64,000 nucleotides of DNA from Thermodesulfobacteriota bacterium. Its GTDB lineage: Bacteria > Desulfobacterota_D > UBA1144 > Nemesobacterales > JAJCZQ01. The DNA is taken from assembly GCA_965215275.1 (NCBI GenBank), contig OZ244044.1, forward strand, positions 128,001 to 192,000. Reading direction: 5' to 3'. Each line of letters opens with the position of its first letter. The first letter of the stretch is position 1. A program made the translations under genes and the position numbers. The notes beneath the pieces were generated by a model. It was not told where the DNA came from. It saw only the letters and a program-made list of their open reading frames with translations, and searched no databases. Below, one piece after another: positions 19,064 to 29,190 of this stretch.

Positions 19064-21075
19064 TGATCAAGAACATGTCACTTGAAGACGTAAGGAAAAA
19101 GATAGAATCCCTGAGGGTAGAACTGGATAACCACAATTATCTTTACTACGTGAAGAACAGTCCCGTGATCTCAGACCAGGAGTTTGACGAGATGCTGGAA
19201 GAACTGATTGAACTGGAGAACGCATATCCAGAGTTTATCGTTGATGACTCGCCATCAAAGAAGGTCGGAGGGACCGTAGCCGAGGGATTTGATCCTCACG
19301 AGCATATCGTTCCTATGATGAGCATAGACAATATTACAAACGATGCAGAGGCATTTGATTTTAACGGCAGAACACAAAGGTTTTTAAACTCCACTGACGA
19401 TATCCAGTTCATTGCTCAGCCGAAGTTTGACGGTGTTTCAGCTTCCCTGGTCTATGAGGAAGGTAAACTGGTCAGTGCTGCGACAAGGGGAGACGGTAAG
19501 ACAGGAGAGGATGTCACCGGTAATATAAAGACCATCGGTTCCGTTCCATTACTTTTTAGAAATGAACCAGACCCGCCACGATTAATTGAGATCAGGGGAG
19601 AGGTTATATTCCCGATCCGATCTTTTAACAAACTGAACAGACGTCTGGCTCAGGCTGGAGAGCCGCTGTTCGCCAATCCCAGAAATGCGGCTTCAGGTAC
19701 GTTAAGGCAGCTTGATTCCAGCGTTACGGCAAAAAGGCCCTTGGATTTTTACGCATGGGGTATCGGACACGTGGATGGTCGCGAGTTTAAAACGGAAACG
19801 GAGGTAATGGACCAGATAGAACGTTGGGGATTAAAGGTGGACGATGGAATTAAAACGTGCAAGGACATAACGGAAGCAATTTCCTATCATCACGGAATGG
19901 AGAAAGGAAGGGATAAACTTGATTATGAAGCTGATGGGGTGGTAATAAAGGTAGATGAGATAAAACTCAAGGAACTTCTTGGTCACACTGCCAAGTATCC
20001 GAGATGGTGCATAGCGTTTAAATTTAAATCACGTCAGGCGACCACGGTGATCGAGGATATTACGGTACAGGTAGGGAGGATAGGTCTTCTGACCCCGGTT
20101 GCAGAACTAAAACCCGTAAGTATCGGTGGGATAACCGTCAGACGGGCTTCTTTGCACACGGATAACATTATAAGATCCAAGGATATCAGGATTGGCGACA
20201 CCGTGGTTATTCAAAGGGCGGGTGACGTGATACCTGACGTCGTCAAGCCGGTACTGGAAAAACGTACAGGGGATGAGAAACCTTTTGTAATGCCCGAGAA
20301 ATGTCCTGTCTGCAGTACACCTGTGGAGCAGGAAAACGCTTATCTCTACTGTACTAACCTTTCATGCAGAGCACAGATAAAGGGAAGGATATGCCATCTG
20401 GCTTCAAAGGGTTCATTTGATATTGAAGGACTTGGAGAGAAGATAGTCGATCAACTGATAGAAAAAGGGCTGTTGAACGATTTAAGTGATATTTTTTACC
20501 TGAAAACGGAGAGCCTGGACGGTCTTGAGGGATTTGCTGAAAGATCTTCAGAAAACCTGATCGACGAGATCAGTAAAAGTAAAAAGATCAGTTTTGAGAG
20601 GTTTATAAACGCTTTAAGTATTAAACACGTGGGAAGTAGTTCAGCTCAGCTGCTGGCTCAGGTCTTTAATGATCTGGACGAACTTATGAATGCAGCGTAT
20701 GAGCAGCTGACGGAAATACACGGCATTGGTGATAAAATGGCAGAGAGCATCAGGGGTTTTTTTCAGAACAAGAAAAATATCGAGGTGATAAAAAAGATAT
20801 TGGACTCCAAAGTAGAGGTCCATAATGATCATAAAAGGTATGAGAACAACAGGTTTAAAGGGATTACTTTTGTTGTCACGGGTACTCTGGTGGACTACGG
20901 CAGGAACGAAATCAAAGCACTGATCAGGGAGAACGGAGGCAAGGTGGTAGCTGCCGTTTCTGGAAAGACCGATTACGTGCTGTACGGAGAAAATCCAGGG
21001 TCAAAGCTGGATAAGGCAAATGATCTTGGTATTAAGACCATTAATGAAGAGGATTTTAAAAATTTAATATGTTAA
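19060..21075 (+). CDS. ligA: NAD-dependent DNA ligase
   Basis: KFDG adenylation motif, FANPRNAASG, Cys4 zinc finger, BRCT domain. Confidence 0.97.
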   Translation: MMIKNMSLEDVRKKIESLRVELDNHNYLYYVKNSPVISDQEFDEMLEELIELENAYPEFIVDDSPSKKVGGTVAEGFDPHEHIVPMMSIDNITNDAEAFDFNGRTQRFLNSTDDIQFIAQPKFDGVSASLVYEEGKLVSAATRGDGKTGEDVTGNIKTIGSVPLLFRNEPDPPRLIEIRGEVIFPIRSFNKLNRRLAQAGEPLFANPRNAASGTLRQLDSSVTAKRPLDFYAWGIGHVDGREFKTETEVMDQIERWGLKVDDGIKTCKDITEAISYHHGMEKGRDKLDYEADGVVIKVDEIKLKELLGHTAKYPRWCIAFKFKSRQATTVIEDITVQVGRIGLLTPVAELKPVSIGGITVRRASLHTDNIIRSKDIRIGDTVVIQRAGDVIPDVVKPVLEKRTGDEKPFVMPEKCPVCSTPVEQENAYLYCTNLSCRAQIKGRICHLASKGSFDIEGLGEKIVDQLIEKGLLNDLSDIFYLKTESLDGLEGFAERSSENLIDEISKSKKISFERFINALSIKHVGSSSAQLLAQVFNDLDELMNAAYEQLTEIHGIGDKMAESIRGFFQNKKNIEVIKKILDSKVEVHNDHKRYENNRFKGITFVVTGTLVDYGRNEIKALIRENGGKVVAAVSGKTDYVLYGENPGSKLDKANDLGIKTINEEDFKNLIC

Positions 21076-21473
21076 ATACATTAAAAGATCAAGGTTTAAT
21101 GTCGTTTCAAGATACTCCTGATATTAACATTTATAGCGTTAATGTTAGTAAAGTTAGTCCTCCTCCAGATATGGCTAAAATACAGAATTCTGTAAGAAAA
21201 AAGTAAAATAAAAATTTTTTAAGAGAGGTGTTTACAATAAGTAGTGATAGAAACTAAATATTGTGTTCTAAAGTTAGTAAGAACATTACACCTAATGAGT
21301 TTATGGTAGTTCCTAATCTTAAGAAAATTAGAAGTTTAAAAAATGAATTGATGGGATTATTTAAAGAAAATGACAGATCATTTGAGAAACTACAGTCTGT
21401 AGCAAAAGAAATTGGTAATAGTTAAAAGACTTGAATATAGAAATAGTAGAAGATGATAAAGGATATATTATAG

Positions 21474-22037
21474 ATGGGGATAGCAGAAAAAAATAATAAG
21501 AAAAATATTATTGTGTCAATAAAGACACCTAATGATCTTGGATTGGATTCAAAAACTTTGCAGGATAAAACTAAAGAAATTAAAATACCCAGCATTTCTA
21601 ACGGTTATCATAAATTTTGTTTAATACGAGATGAAAAAATCTTGTATGAAATAAACAATGGATTTATTTCTTGGGTTCTTAAATTAATACCTTATTTTAA
21701 TAATTGTTTTTATCTCGAACATAAATTTTCTGAACATGAGATAGAAGTTGTTTTTGAAGATTCTAGAGATTTATGTTTTTATAGAAATTATTTTTCTAAA
21801 TGGATGGTTGTATATAATAATACTCATACTGGGGATATTAAAGTGTATTATAAAAATGAAAATGCGGGACTCGTAAGTATGATTACATTTCATAACATAA
21901 AAATCAAAGAAATCAGACCTGTAAATTTAAATTTGAATAATGATAATAACATAGAATTTAGCGTAATTTTTACATCTACCAAGATTGAATATGGATTAGA
22001 TTTAAGAAAAGAAAATAATAATGGAGGTAGTAAATGA
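21474..22037 (+). CDS. Hypothetical protein, possibly T4 gp19-like tail tube fold
   Basis: C-terminal half (IEVVFED...YFSKWM...IKVYYKNENAGLVSMITFHNIKIKEIRPVNLNLNNDNNIEFSVIF) follows the gp19 pattern by eye. Confidence 0.5.
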   Translation: MGIAEKNNKKNIIVSIKTPNDLGLDSKTLQDKTKEIKIPSISNGYHKFCLIRDEKILYEINNGFISWVLKLIPYFNNCFYLEHKFSEHEIEVVFEDSRDLCFYRNYFSKWMVVYNNTHTGDIKVYYKNENAGLVSMITFHNIKIKEIRPVNLNLNNDNNIEFSVIFTSTKIEYGLDLRKENNNGGSK

Positions 22038-22501
22038 GTTATCAAATAAGTAAAGAGCAAGTAATCAAATATATATCTGATACTTTATCAAAAGAAAATG
22101 AACTTTTAAATATAGAATATGGAGAATGTAAAACTATTTTAAATGATTTAAATCGAAAGATAAAAGAGCGTGAGGAAAGCGTTAAATATACAAGGGAACA
22201 GATTGCATCTATTGATGCATTGATAAAAGATTTAGAAAAAACATATTCTAACGGTTGGAATAGAAACTTGTTGAAGATCAAAGATGGCGATATAAATATA
22301 GAAACCAAAGAATATATTAAATGTTTATATAATAATGTTCTACCAATGAGAAAAGCAATTATATCACAAAAACTTGCAAATTTAGAAAATGATTTAAATG
22401 TACTGAACGAAGAAAGGTATTCTCTTGTAGAAAAAGTTAATAAAAAGGGATTTGAATATAAGTCTGTTAAATGGATTGATCAAGTAATTAAAAAACAATA
22501 A
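22034..22501 (+). CDS. Hypothetical coiled-coil protein
   Basis: GGAGG RBS, start overlaps the upstream stop, heptad-like E/K/L-rich sequence. Confidence 0.6.
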   Translation: MSYQISKEQVIKYISDTLSKENELLNIEYGECKTILNDLNRKIKEREESVKYTREQIASIDALIKDLEKTYSNGWNRNLLKIKDGDINIETKEYIKCLYNNVLPMRKAIISQKLANLENDLNVLNEERYSLVEKVNKKGFEYKSVKWIDQVIKKQ

Positions 22502-22514
22502 AAAACTATAATGA

Positions 22515-23071
22515 ATGGTAATAATCACGAAGCTGACTTTACAGAACTTCCTGTCGTATAAAGAATTAGAACTTAACTTCAAACCTGGCAGACACCTTAT
22601 TCTTGACAGTATAGACGGAAATCCTACTATATCTAACGGATCGGGTAAATCATAGATGGTTTACTCGTTTCTTTATTCGGTCAGACCAGAGCTGAAATCA
22701 TCAGTACTAACGATCAAGAAGATTGCGTAGCTACTGTTGAATTCAATGTAGATAAATCATCTTACAAGATAGAAAGATATCATAAACATAAAGAACATAA
22801 GAATGTTGTTAAGATATATAAAGATTTGTTAAGATATATAAAGATAAAGAAGATATCACTCCTTCCAAGATATTAGACAGTAAGGCATATGTTAAGTAAG
22901 ATACTTGATATATCTTATGATGTATTCGTCTCGTCTTTTGTAATCCTTCAGGGTATGCCAGCTGTCTTTGGCAATCTATCTGACACTGGAAGAAAGTCAT
23001 TACTTGAAGATGTATTAAATTTGGGGACTATATACAATGTTGCACAAAATAAAAAGCATTTATTCTGTTGA
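22515..23071 (+). pseudogene. SbcC/Rad50/T4 gp46-like ATPase, N-terminal remnant with several frameshifts
   Basis: MVIITKLTLQNFLSY...SNGSGKS* (22515-22655), then DGLLVSLFG...VEFNVDKSSYKIER, then FVILQG...RKSLLEDVLNL in other frames; 20-bp tandem duplication at 22806-22845. Confidence 0.8.
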
Positions 23072-23962
23072 GAACGGAATGGGCATAAAGCAGCCTATAA
23101 ACACTAAAAGCGTTAACAATGCCAGCAGTTTTCTCTTAATACCGATATCCTCTTCCTCATATTCGGTGGGTGGATGACCGGTTCCGATCAGTATTAAGGC
23201 AAGCACCCAGATAAGCCATCCGAACCATCCTTCCAGGGCAAGGTAATTGCTTAACCCCTGAATGTCCATGCCCAGAGCCTGAAACAGGTTCATGAACGGT
23301 TCTGAACCCATACCGAGTATTACAAGAAGGACTATTGAAGCGTGAGAGAAGAAAGAATGGACCTTTTTACTGAACAATGAAAATATTAAATGCCCTCCAT
23401 CAAGCTGTCCTGACGGTATAAGGTTGATAGCCGTTACAAACAGACCTATCCATCCTGCAAACGCCATTGGGTGAAGCATGATGTCTTCACCTTCTTTTAT
23501 AGCTTCACTTCCCAGGGTCATATCTACAAAAAGTTCAAACAGTAAAGATGAACCCAGGCGTATGACCGACCCGTTCTCGAACTCGGTCACTGGGACGACC
23601 TGCGACATCTTAAGTCCGATAAAGAGGATCGGTAGTGTAGCGACCACTCCAAAAAGCGGTCCTGCAACGCCGATGTCGAACAGCGAGCTCTTTGATCTTA
23701 TCTGTGATTTGATCTTTATGAAAGCTCCCATCGTACCGGCTATAAAAGGTGGCGGAACAGGTATAAAGTAAGGTGGAGAAACAAGGACGTTATGCCTTCT
23801 GGCGTACATATAGTGGCCAAGTTCATGGGAACCCAGTATGAACAGGATCGAAAAAGAGAAGAATATGCCACTGGCAATGCTCCCTCCTTGCAGATATCCG
23901 GAAAGAAAAGTAGTAAATACAGTGGCGACGAAAAGCACGATATGGATCACGGTCAAGTTCAT
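23060..23962 (-). CDS. Site-2 protease (M50 family)
   Basis: HELGH and NLIPSGQLDGG motifs, multiple TM helices. Confidence 0.93.
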   Translation of the reverse strand: MNLTVIHIVLFVATVFTTFLSGYLQGGSIASGIFFSFSILFILGSHELGHYMYARRHNVLVSPPYFIPVPPPFIAGTMGAFIKIKSQIRSKSSLFDIGVAGPLFGVVATLPILFIGLKMSQVVPVTEFENGSVIRLGSSLLFELFVDMTLGSEAIKEGEDIMLHPMAFAGWIGLFVTAINLIPSGQLDGGHLIFSLFSKKVHSFFSHASIVLLVILGMGSEPFMNLFQALGMDIQGLSNYLALEGWFGWLIWVLALILIGTGHPPTEYEEEDIGIKRKLLALLTLLVFIGCFMPIPFSTE

Positions 23963-24017
23963 GGTCCTTGCTGTATGTATGGGGTATAAAGGGCAGCTGT
24001 TGGGTTTTTATGACCGC

Positions 24018-26315
24018 TCATTCAAGTTCAACCAGAGAAGGGTCTATGCTTTGAAGCACCTCATGTATATAACGTGCTATTTCTGCTTCTTTTTTCTGCG
24101 TTATTATTTCGGTCCTTACCTGATCCAGGAGCTTGTGGTCGAACTTCTGTATAAGATATCTTACAAGGGGTACCTTTACAGGAGAAACGCTGAGATTCCT
24201 GTATCCGAGCGACAGCAGGATAAGTGCTCCGGAAGGCGACCCTGCCATTTCACCACAGATGGATATTTCCTTGTTAAGGGACCGTGCTTTTTTATTTATA
24301 TCGTCCATCATTCTTAAAACGGATGGATGAAAAGAGGAGTACAGATGTCCTACGGCGTTTGAGTTCCTGTCAACGGCAAGAAGATACTGGATCAGGTCAT
24401 TCGTTCCAACTGAAATGAAGTTTATGAGCTCTTTATAGTCCTCAAGCTGATACACTATAGCGGGAACTTCTATCATCAGGCCCAGGTCAGGGATATCTTT
24501 GTTCTCAATATCCAGTTCTGCGGCAGTATCCTCGATGATCTGCTTGGCAGTTTCTGCTTCCCACACGTAGGATATCATCGGCAGAAGTATCCTGAACTTG
24601 CATCCTTTCCTTATTGAAAGCAGGACCGCCTTAACCTGGTCCTTGAACAGATCAAGATATTCCATCGAGAACCTTATGGCCCTCAGTCCCAGCAAGGGGT
24701 TTTCCTCATCTGGGATATTGAAGTAGGGCAGTATCTTGTCAGCACCGATATCCAGGGTCCTTATATTGACCACGCCTTTAAAGTGTTTTGCCACTTGTTT
24801 GTATATTTTTATCTGTTCTTCCACTCCGGGCCACTCTTCAAGTTGAGTGAACGCAAACTCCGTTCTGAACAGTCCCACGTCTTCTATCTCGTAACGTTTT
24901 GCAATGTCTATATCAACGGGAAATCCGATATTGGCGGTTATGGATACGTTTAATACGTTATCTCCCCTGACCTTGCTTTCCTTTTCGATCTTTTCCTTTA
25001 ATAAAATACTTTTCTTTTCGGCGTTCTTATACTCCTCTACAAGGGTGTTATCGGGGTTTATGAATATAAATCCGGTAGTGCCGTCAACGATCAGTTTATC
25101 TCCGGAGTCCACCAGATCACATATACCTTCAATACCCACAACAAGTGGTATCCCGAGAGATTTAGCTATGATCACGGCATGAGAGGTCTCACCACCTTTC
25201 TCGGTAATAATCCCTCCAACGTTGTTCCTGCTCAGCATCGATACAAATGACGGTCCTATTTCATCTGTGATAACCACTTGTTTGTTAACCTTGGCCGGGA
25301 TGTACCTTTCATTTTTCTTAGACCCTGCAAGGTCGTGAAGCAGTCTTTCACCGATATCCCTGAAATCCTGTGCCCTTTCTCTGATATATCTGTCTTCAAG
25401 GTTTTCAAACTGGGAGGCGATCAGCTCTATTCCACCTACGACCGCCTGTTCCGCGGTGGTTTTCTTTTTTCGCAGTTTATCAAGTACGGTGCTTTTCAAA
25501 GAGTCGCTTTTTAATATCATTAAGTGAGAATGAAATATATCTATTTCGTTCTCGGACAGGATACTGTCCTTTGACAGTCTGTCTATAAGTTCGTGCAGGT
25601 CGTTCTCAACGTTTTTAAAAGATCTGAAAAGCCTGTTTTCCTCCTCTTTCGGCGAGGACCGTTTAACTGTATTTTCATTTCTGATCTGCTGAAAAAGACC
25701 TCTCATCAAAAATGCGTTCCCTATAGCAAGTCCTGGAGATGCTCCTTTCCCTTGATAGGTCTTGGTCTTATGTTTTAAGATCGAAGGTGTTTTAAGTCGT
25801 TCCAGTCTGTCGGCAACTTCCAGCAGTCCTGCCAGTCTTGCCGCGATTATCTGAAAAAGTGTTTCCTCGGCCGGATTAATATGTCGTGACTTAATGGTCT
25901 GTCCCACCAGTACCCCTAAGCATTCGTTGTGCAGTATGATCGGTGTACCCAGGTAACTTTCGTACTTTTCTTCACCTATTTCAGGAAAATACCTGTAGTT
26001 TCTGTGAAGTGAAGCAGGGGTAACTGCCAAAGGACGCATAGTATAGTAAACCAGTCCTGTCAGTCCTTCGTTCGGTTTTAAAACGACTTTGTTCTTTCCT
26101 ATGTTAAGTCCTATTGTTGATCTCAGAGTAAGTTCCTTGTTTTTTTTGTCCCATATATAGATGGATACCACGTCGAAATTCAACGAATTGCTTATTTTGT
26201 TCACTACGTCCTTTAAAATATTATCCAGACCACTTGATTGATTGATCAGATCACTGATTTCGTGAACAACCTTTAAATGTAAATGCTCTCTATTGATCAA
26301 GCTTTGTGCTTCCAT
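24018..26315 (-). CDS. ptsP: PEP-protein phosphotransferase with N-terminal GAF domain (EI-Ntr type)
   Basis: GAF domain, TSHAVI phospho-His, GLFRTEF, SVGTNDL and ICGEMAG motifs. Confidence 0.93.
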   Translation of the reverse strand: MEAQSLINREHLHLKVVHEISDLINQSSGLDNILKDVVNKISNSLNFDVVSIYIWDKKNKELTLRSTIGLNIGKNKVVLKPNEGLTGLVYYTMRPLAVTPASLHRNYRYFPEIGEEKYESYLGTPIILHNECLGVLVGQTIKSRHINPAEETLFQIIAARLAGLLEVADRLERLKTPSILKHKTKTYQGKGASPGLAIGNAFLMRGLFQQIRNENTVKRSSPKEEENRLFRSFKNVENDLHELIDRLSKDSILSENEIDIFHSHLMILKSDSLKSTVLDKLRKKKTTAEQAVVGGIELIASQFENLEDRYIRERAQDFRDIGERLLHDLAGSKKNERYIPAKVNKQVVITDEIGPSFVSMLSRNNVGGIITEKGGETSHAVIIAKSLGIPLVVGIEGICDLVDSGDKLIVDGTTGFIFINPDNTLVEEYKNAEKKSILLKEKIEKESKVRGDNVLNVSITANIGFPVDIDIAKRYEIEDVGLFRTEFAFTQLEEWPGVEEQIKIYKQVAKHFKGVVNIRTLDIGADKILPYFNIPDEENPLLGLRAIRFSMEYLDLFKDQVKAVLLSIRKGCKFRILLPMISYVWEAETAKQIIEDTAAELDIENKDIPDLGLMIEVPAIVYQLEDYKELINFISVGTNDLIQYLLAVDRNSNAVGHLYSSFHPSVLRMMDDINKKARSLNKEISICGEMAGSPSGALILLSLGYRNLSVSPVKVPLVRYLIQKFDHKLLDQVRTEIITQKKEAEIARYIHEVLQSIDPSLVELE

Positions 26316-26499
26316 AATAAATACCCAGGGACCTACGATGTCTTTGTTGAAATATTCATGCGTAAAGTTAATTTTATTATAATTCTGTTATTAGTATTTC
26401 CAATCAAATACTATTATAAAGAAAAAGAGCAGGTAGATATATAGGCAAATTCATATTTGGATATCAGCCTGTCTGTGCCAAGGACTGAAAGAGATAGAA

Positions 26500-27921
26500 A
26501 TGAACAATGAAGCAAAAGGCAGCAGCATTTACAGAATAGCTATAATAGGGTCTGGTCCGGCAGGGTTTTTTGCTGCAGGATATCTGTTCGATAATAAAGA
26601 CCTGAATATTGAAATTGATATGTATGACAAACTTCCAACTCCTTTTGGACTTGTCAGGTCGGGCGTGGCACCCGATCATCAGAAAGTAAAGAGCGTTACA
26701 AGGGTTTATAACAAGATAGCTGAAAATCCAAAGTTCAGATTTTATGGACTGGTCGAATTTGGGCTTCATATTACCCTTGAAGATCTGAAAAAGTTCTATC
26801 ATCAGGTAATTTTTGCCACCGGGACACAGACCGATAGAAGAATGAAGATCTCCGGCGAAGGTCTGGAAAGGAGCTATACTGCTACAGAGTTTGTTGCATG
26901 GTATAACGGACACCCTGCTTTTGTCGATTTTGATTTTGATCTGACTGTCGAAAAAGTGGCGATCGTAGGTATTGGTAACGTAGCAGTGGACGTGGCGAGA
27001 ATACTGTGCAGGTCTGCAAATGAACTTTCAAAAACGGATATTACGGACTATGCGTTCGATAAACTCATAAACAGCAATGTAAAGGAGATATATATGCTCG
27101 GGAGACGTGGACCCGCACAGGCGGCGTTTACAAACCCTGAAATAAGAGAACTTCAAAATCTTGAATCCGCGGATGTCATAACATTAAAGAAAGAAGTTGA
27201 ACTTGATGCTCTAACTACCTGTTATTTATCAAAAAACCCTGTCAGATCAACGGAAAAAAAAGTGCAGATGCTAAAAGAGTTCTCGGAAAACACCTGCGAT
27301 AAGGATAAACGTCTTATAATCAGGTTCCTTGTGTCTCCAGTGGAACTTCTGCCTGATGGAGAAGGAGGTGTTAAAGGTATTAAACTTGCGAAGAACGAAC
27401 TGTTCAGATCCGATGATGGTTCTTTAAGGGCACGTCCCACGGGTGAGCATGAGATATTAGAGGTAGGCACCGTGTTTCGCTCCATAGGGTACTACGGAAC
27501 CCCTCTTGCAGGTGTACCCTTTGATGAGTATCGTGGGATTATACCCAATAAGCAGGGCAGGGTTACCGACGAAAAAGGGAACAGCATTTTAGGACTGTAC
27601 ACGGCAGGATGGATAAAACGCGGACCCACCGGAGTTATAGGAACGAATAAAATGGATTCGTCAGAGACCGTTTCGGCGATGGTCGACGATATTCGCAGCA
27701 ATAAGACCTTTAAACCTGAATTTACCAGTTCAGAGAAAGTGGAAACTTTACTTGAAGAAAGCAAGGGAAGTGATTCGGGTTATATTGACTATGCCGACTG
27801 GCTTGAGATAGATAAGGATGAGGTCAGTAAGGGAAAAATAAAAGGGAAACCTCGGGTGAAATTTACCACTGTTGAGGATATTAGAAAGCTTTTAAATAAA
27901 AAAAGGGAATTATATAGTTAA
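26500..27921 (+). CDS. NADPH:ferredoxin/adrenodoxin reductase-like flavoprotein (FprA-like); last 5 codons supplied by the inserted element
   Basis: GSGPAG, GVAPDH, GIGNVAVDVAR and GWIKRGPTGVIGTN motifs. Confidence 0.9.
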   Translation: MNNEAKGSSIYRIAIIGSGPAGFFAAGYLFDNKDLNIEIDMYDKLPTPFGLVRSGVAPDHQKVKSVTRVYNKIAENPKFRFYGLVEFGLHITLEDLKKFYHQVIFATGTQTDRRMKISGEGLERSYTATEFVAWYNGHPAFVDFDFDLTVEKVAIVGIGNVAVDVARILCRSANELSKTDITDYAFDKLINSNVKEIYMLGRRGPAQAAFTNPEIRELQNLESADVITLKKEVELDALTTCYLSKNPVRSTEKKVQMLKEFSENTCDKDKRLIIRFLVSPVELLPDGEGGVKGIKLAKNELFRSDDGSLRARPTGEHEILEVGTVFRSIGYYGTPLAGVPFDEYRGIIPNKQGRVTDEKGNSILGLYTAGWIKRGPTGVIGTNKMDSSETVSAMVDDIRSNKTFKPEFTSSEKVETLLEESKGSDSGYIDYADWLEIDKDEVSKGKIKGKPRVKFTTVEDIRKLLNKKRELYS

Positions 27922-28060
27922 GTAGACAAACTTACCTATACTGTTCTGAGTGCAGAGTTCCTCTATCCCTGTTCTCTTTTGATCTGATACTCTTAGCACT
28001 CATCGGGAGTATTGCTACCTTATTCCCGCCCGATATGAAGTCTCCTTCATTAAGAGTATT
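27905..28060 (-). ncRNA. Putative omegaRNA scaffold overlapping the tnpB 3' end (boundaries approximate)
   Basis: Stems after RuvC-III: 28035-28050 (GAGA loop), 28002-28007/28029-28034, 27948-27953/27996-28001 and 27913-27940; expected location for TnpB guide RNAs. Confidence 0.45.
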
Positions 28061-29155
28061 GATATTTTTACCTGCATTTATATCCCTGTCTTCTGAATAA
28101 CCGCAATATATACAGTTAAATACTCTTTGATACAAAGGCAGTTTTGGATTTATCTTTCCACATTCAGAACAGGCTCTTGTTGTATAATGAGCTTTAACTA
28201 AAACCAGCTTGCCTCCAGCTATCTCGGCTTTGTAAGCAAGTTGATGTTTGATCTTACCCCATTGCTGTTCCGTTATGGATTTAGCAAGATGATGGTTCTT
28301 TACCATTCCTTGTATATTCAAATCCTCTAATTTTATATGATTACTCTTCTTTACGGTCTCTGTTGTTAATCTGTGTATAGCATTATTTTCACGATCGGTA
28401 GTTCGTTCCCATTCCTTCGCTAACGATAAAACTTTCTTCTTTCTGCTATCAGAACCTTTTACCGCTCTTGAAACAATTCGTTGCTTTCTTTTCAGTTCCT
28501 TCCTGTCTATCCTGATACCGGGAACTTTAGTTCCATCTGAAAAAGCTAATCTGTTTGTTATTCCAAAATCTATCCCTATGGATTTATCCAAAGGTCTCTT
28601 CTTCTCATCTGTAAACTCACACAGAAACTGGAGCTTAATTCTTAACGAACTTTGAATTACTCTTATTATTGTTTTAGGTGCTTTCAAACAAACACACTCT
28701 GGCATACTACCTTTGAAAGATAATCTGCCAAGTCCCTTTATCGTTAAATATGTTCTTCTGCCTGTCTTCTTTATGTTTTTATAATTGTTTGTTTCAAATG
28801 AACGAACTGGTCTGTTTGAACTTTTATATTTAGGTCTGCCAACCTTCCTTACCTTCTTACCTGCTTTTTTATTCCTTAAATAGCTCAAATAAGGACTATA
28901 TGCATTATCCAGTCTTTCCAGAACGCTTCTTTGAGCTACCGCATTAAACTTTTCAAATCCCTTGTCTTGCTCTCGGACCTCAGTTAGTTCGTTAAACTGT
29001 TCGTATTTAGAGATAGTTCTTCCATACCAATCCCAGGATCTTAACCTATGGTACAAGGCACTGTTATACAGATCGGTAAGCTGATTTAAGAATTCATCCA
29101 GCCTTTTATGAAAACCACTATCTGCCTTTACAGTTCGTGTAATCGTTCTAACCAT
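27932..29155 (-). CDS. tnpB: RNA-guided endonuclease TnpB family
   Basis: RuvC-I GIDFG, RuvC-II LEDL, zinc ribbon CSEC...CIYC, RuvC-III DRDINAGKN; N-terminal LYNSAL...SKYEQFNELT. Confidence 0.93.
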   Translation of the reverse strand: MVRTITRTVKADSGFHKRLDEFLNQLTDLYNSALYHRLRSWDWYGRTISKYEQFNELTEVREQDKGFEKFNAVAQRSVLERLDNAYSPYLSYLRNKKAGKKVRKVGRPKYKSSNRPVRSFETNNYKNIKKTGRRTYLTIKGLGRLSFKGSMPECVCLKAPKTIIRVIQSSLRIKLQFLCEFTDEKKRPLDKSIGIDFGITNRLAFSDGTKVPGIRIDRKELKRKQRIVSRAVKGSDSRKKKVLSLAKEWERTTDRENNAIHRLTTETVKKSNHIKLEDLNIQGMVKNHHLAKSITEQQWGKIKHQLAYKAEIAGGKLVLVKAHYTTRACSECGKINPKLPLYQRVFNCIYCGYSEDRDINAGKNINTLNEGDFISGGNKVAILPMSAKSIRSKENRDRGTLHSEQYR

Positions 29156-29161
29156 GCTATA

Positions 29162-29190
29162 ATACTACCATTTTCCTACCAATTTTACAA
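29162..29190 (-). promoter_or_regulatory. Putative leaderless promoter of tnpB
   Basis: Minus strand TTGTAA-17 nt-TAGTAT (TG extended), then 6 nt to the ATG. Confidence 0.45.

Larger units (their letters stand above)
21069..23059 (+). mobile_element. AT-rich degenerate phage-derived island
   Basis: Abrupt AT enrichment between ligA and the M50 gene; co-oriented short or broken ORFs with phage-like motifs; no integrase; boundaries approximate. Confidence 0.6.

Noticed and set aside
21050..21077. dif-like site at the left junction of the phage fragment (ATATGTTAAAT)
   Set aside because: Only the XerD-like arm matches; the other arm (AGGATTTTAAA) does not, and AT-rich chance matches are likely
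27993..28015. CIRCE element (TTAGCACTC half-site)
   Set aside because: The second half and 9-nt spacing do not match; it lies inside tnpB, and no CIRCE was seen before dnaK
27932..29155. Cas12f/CRISPR effector or nuclease-dead TldR
   Set aside because: No CRISPR array lies nearby and all three RuvC catalytic residues are present
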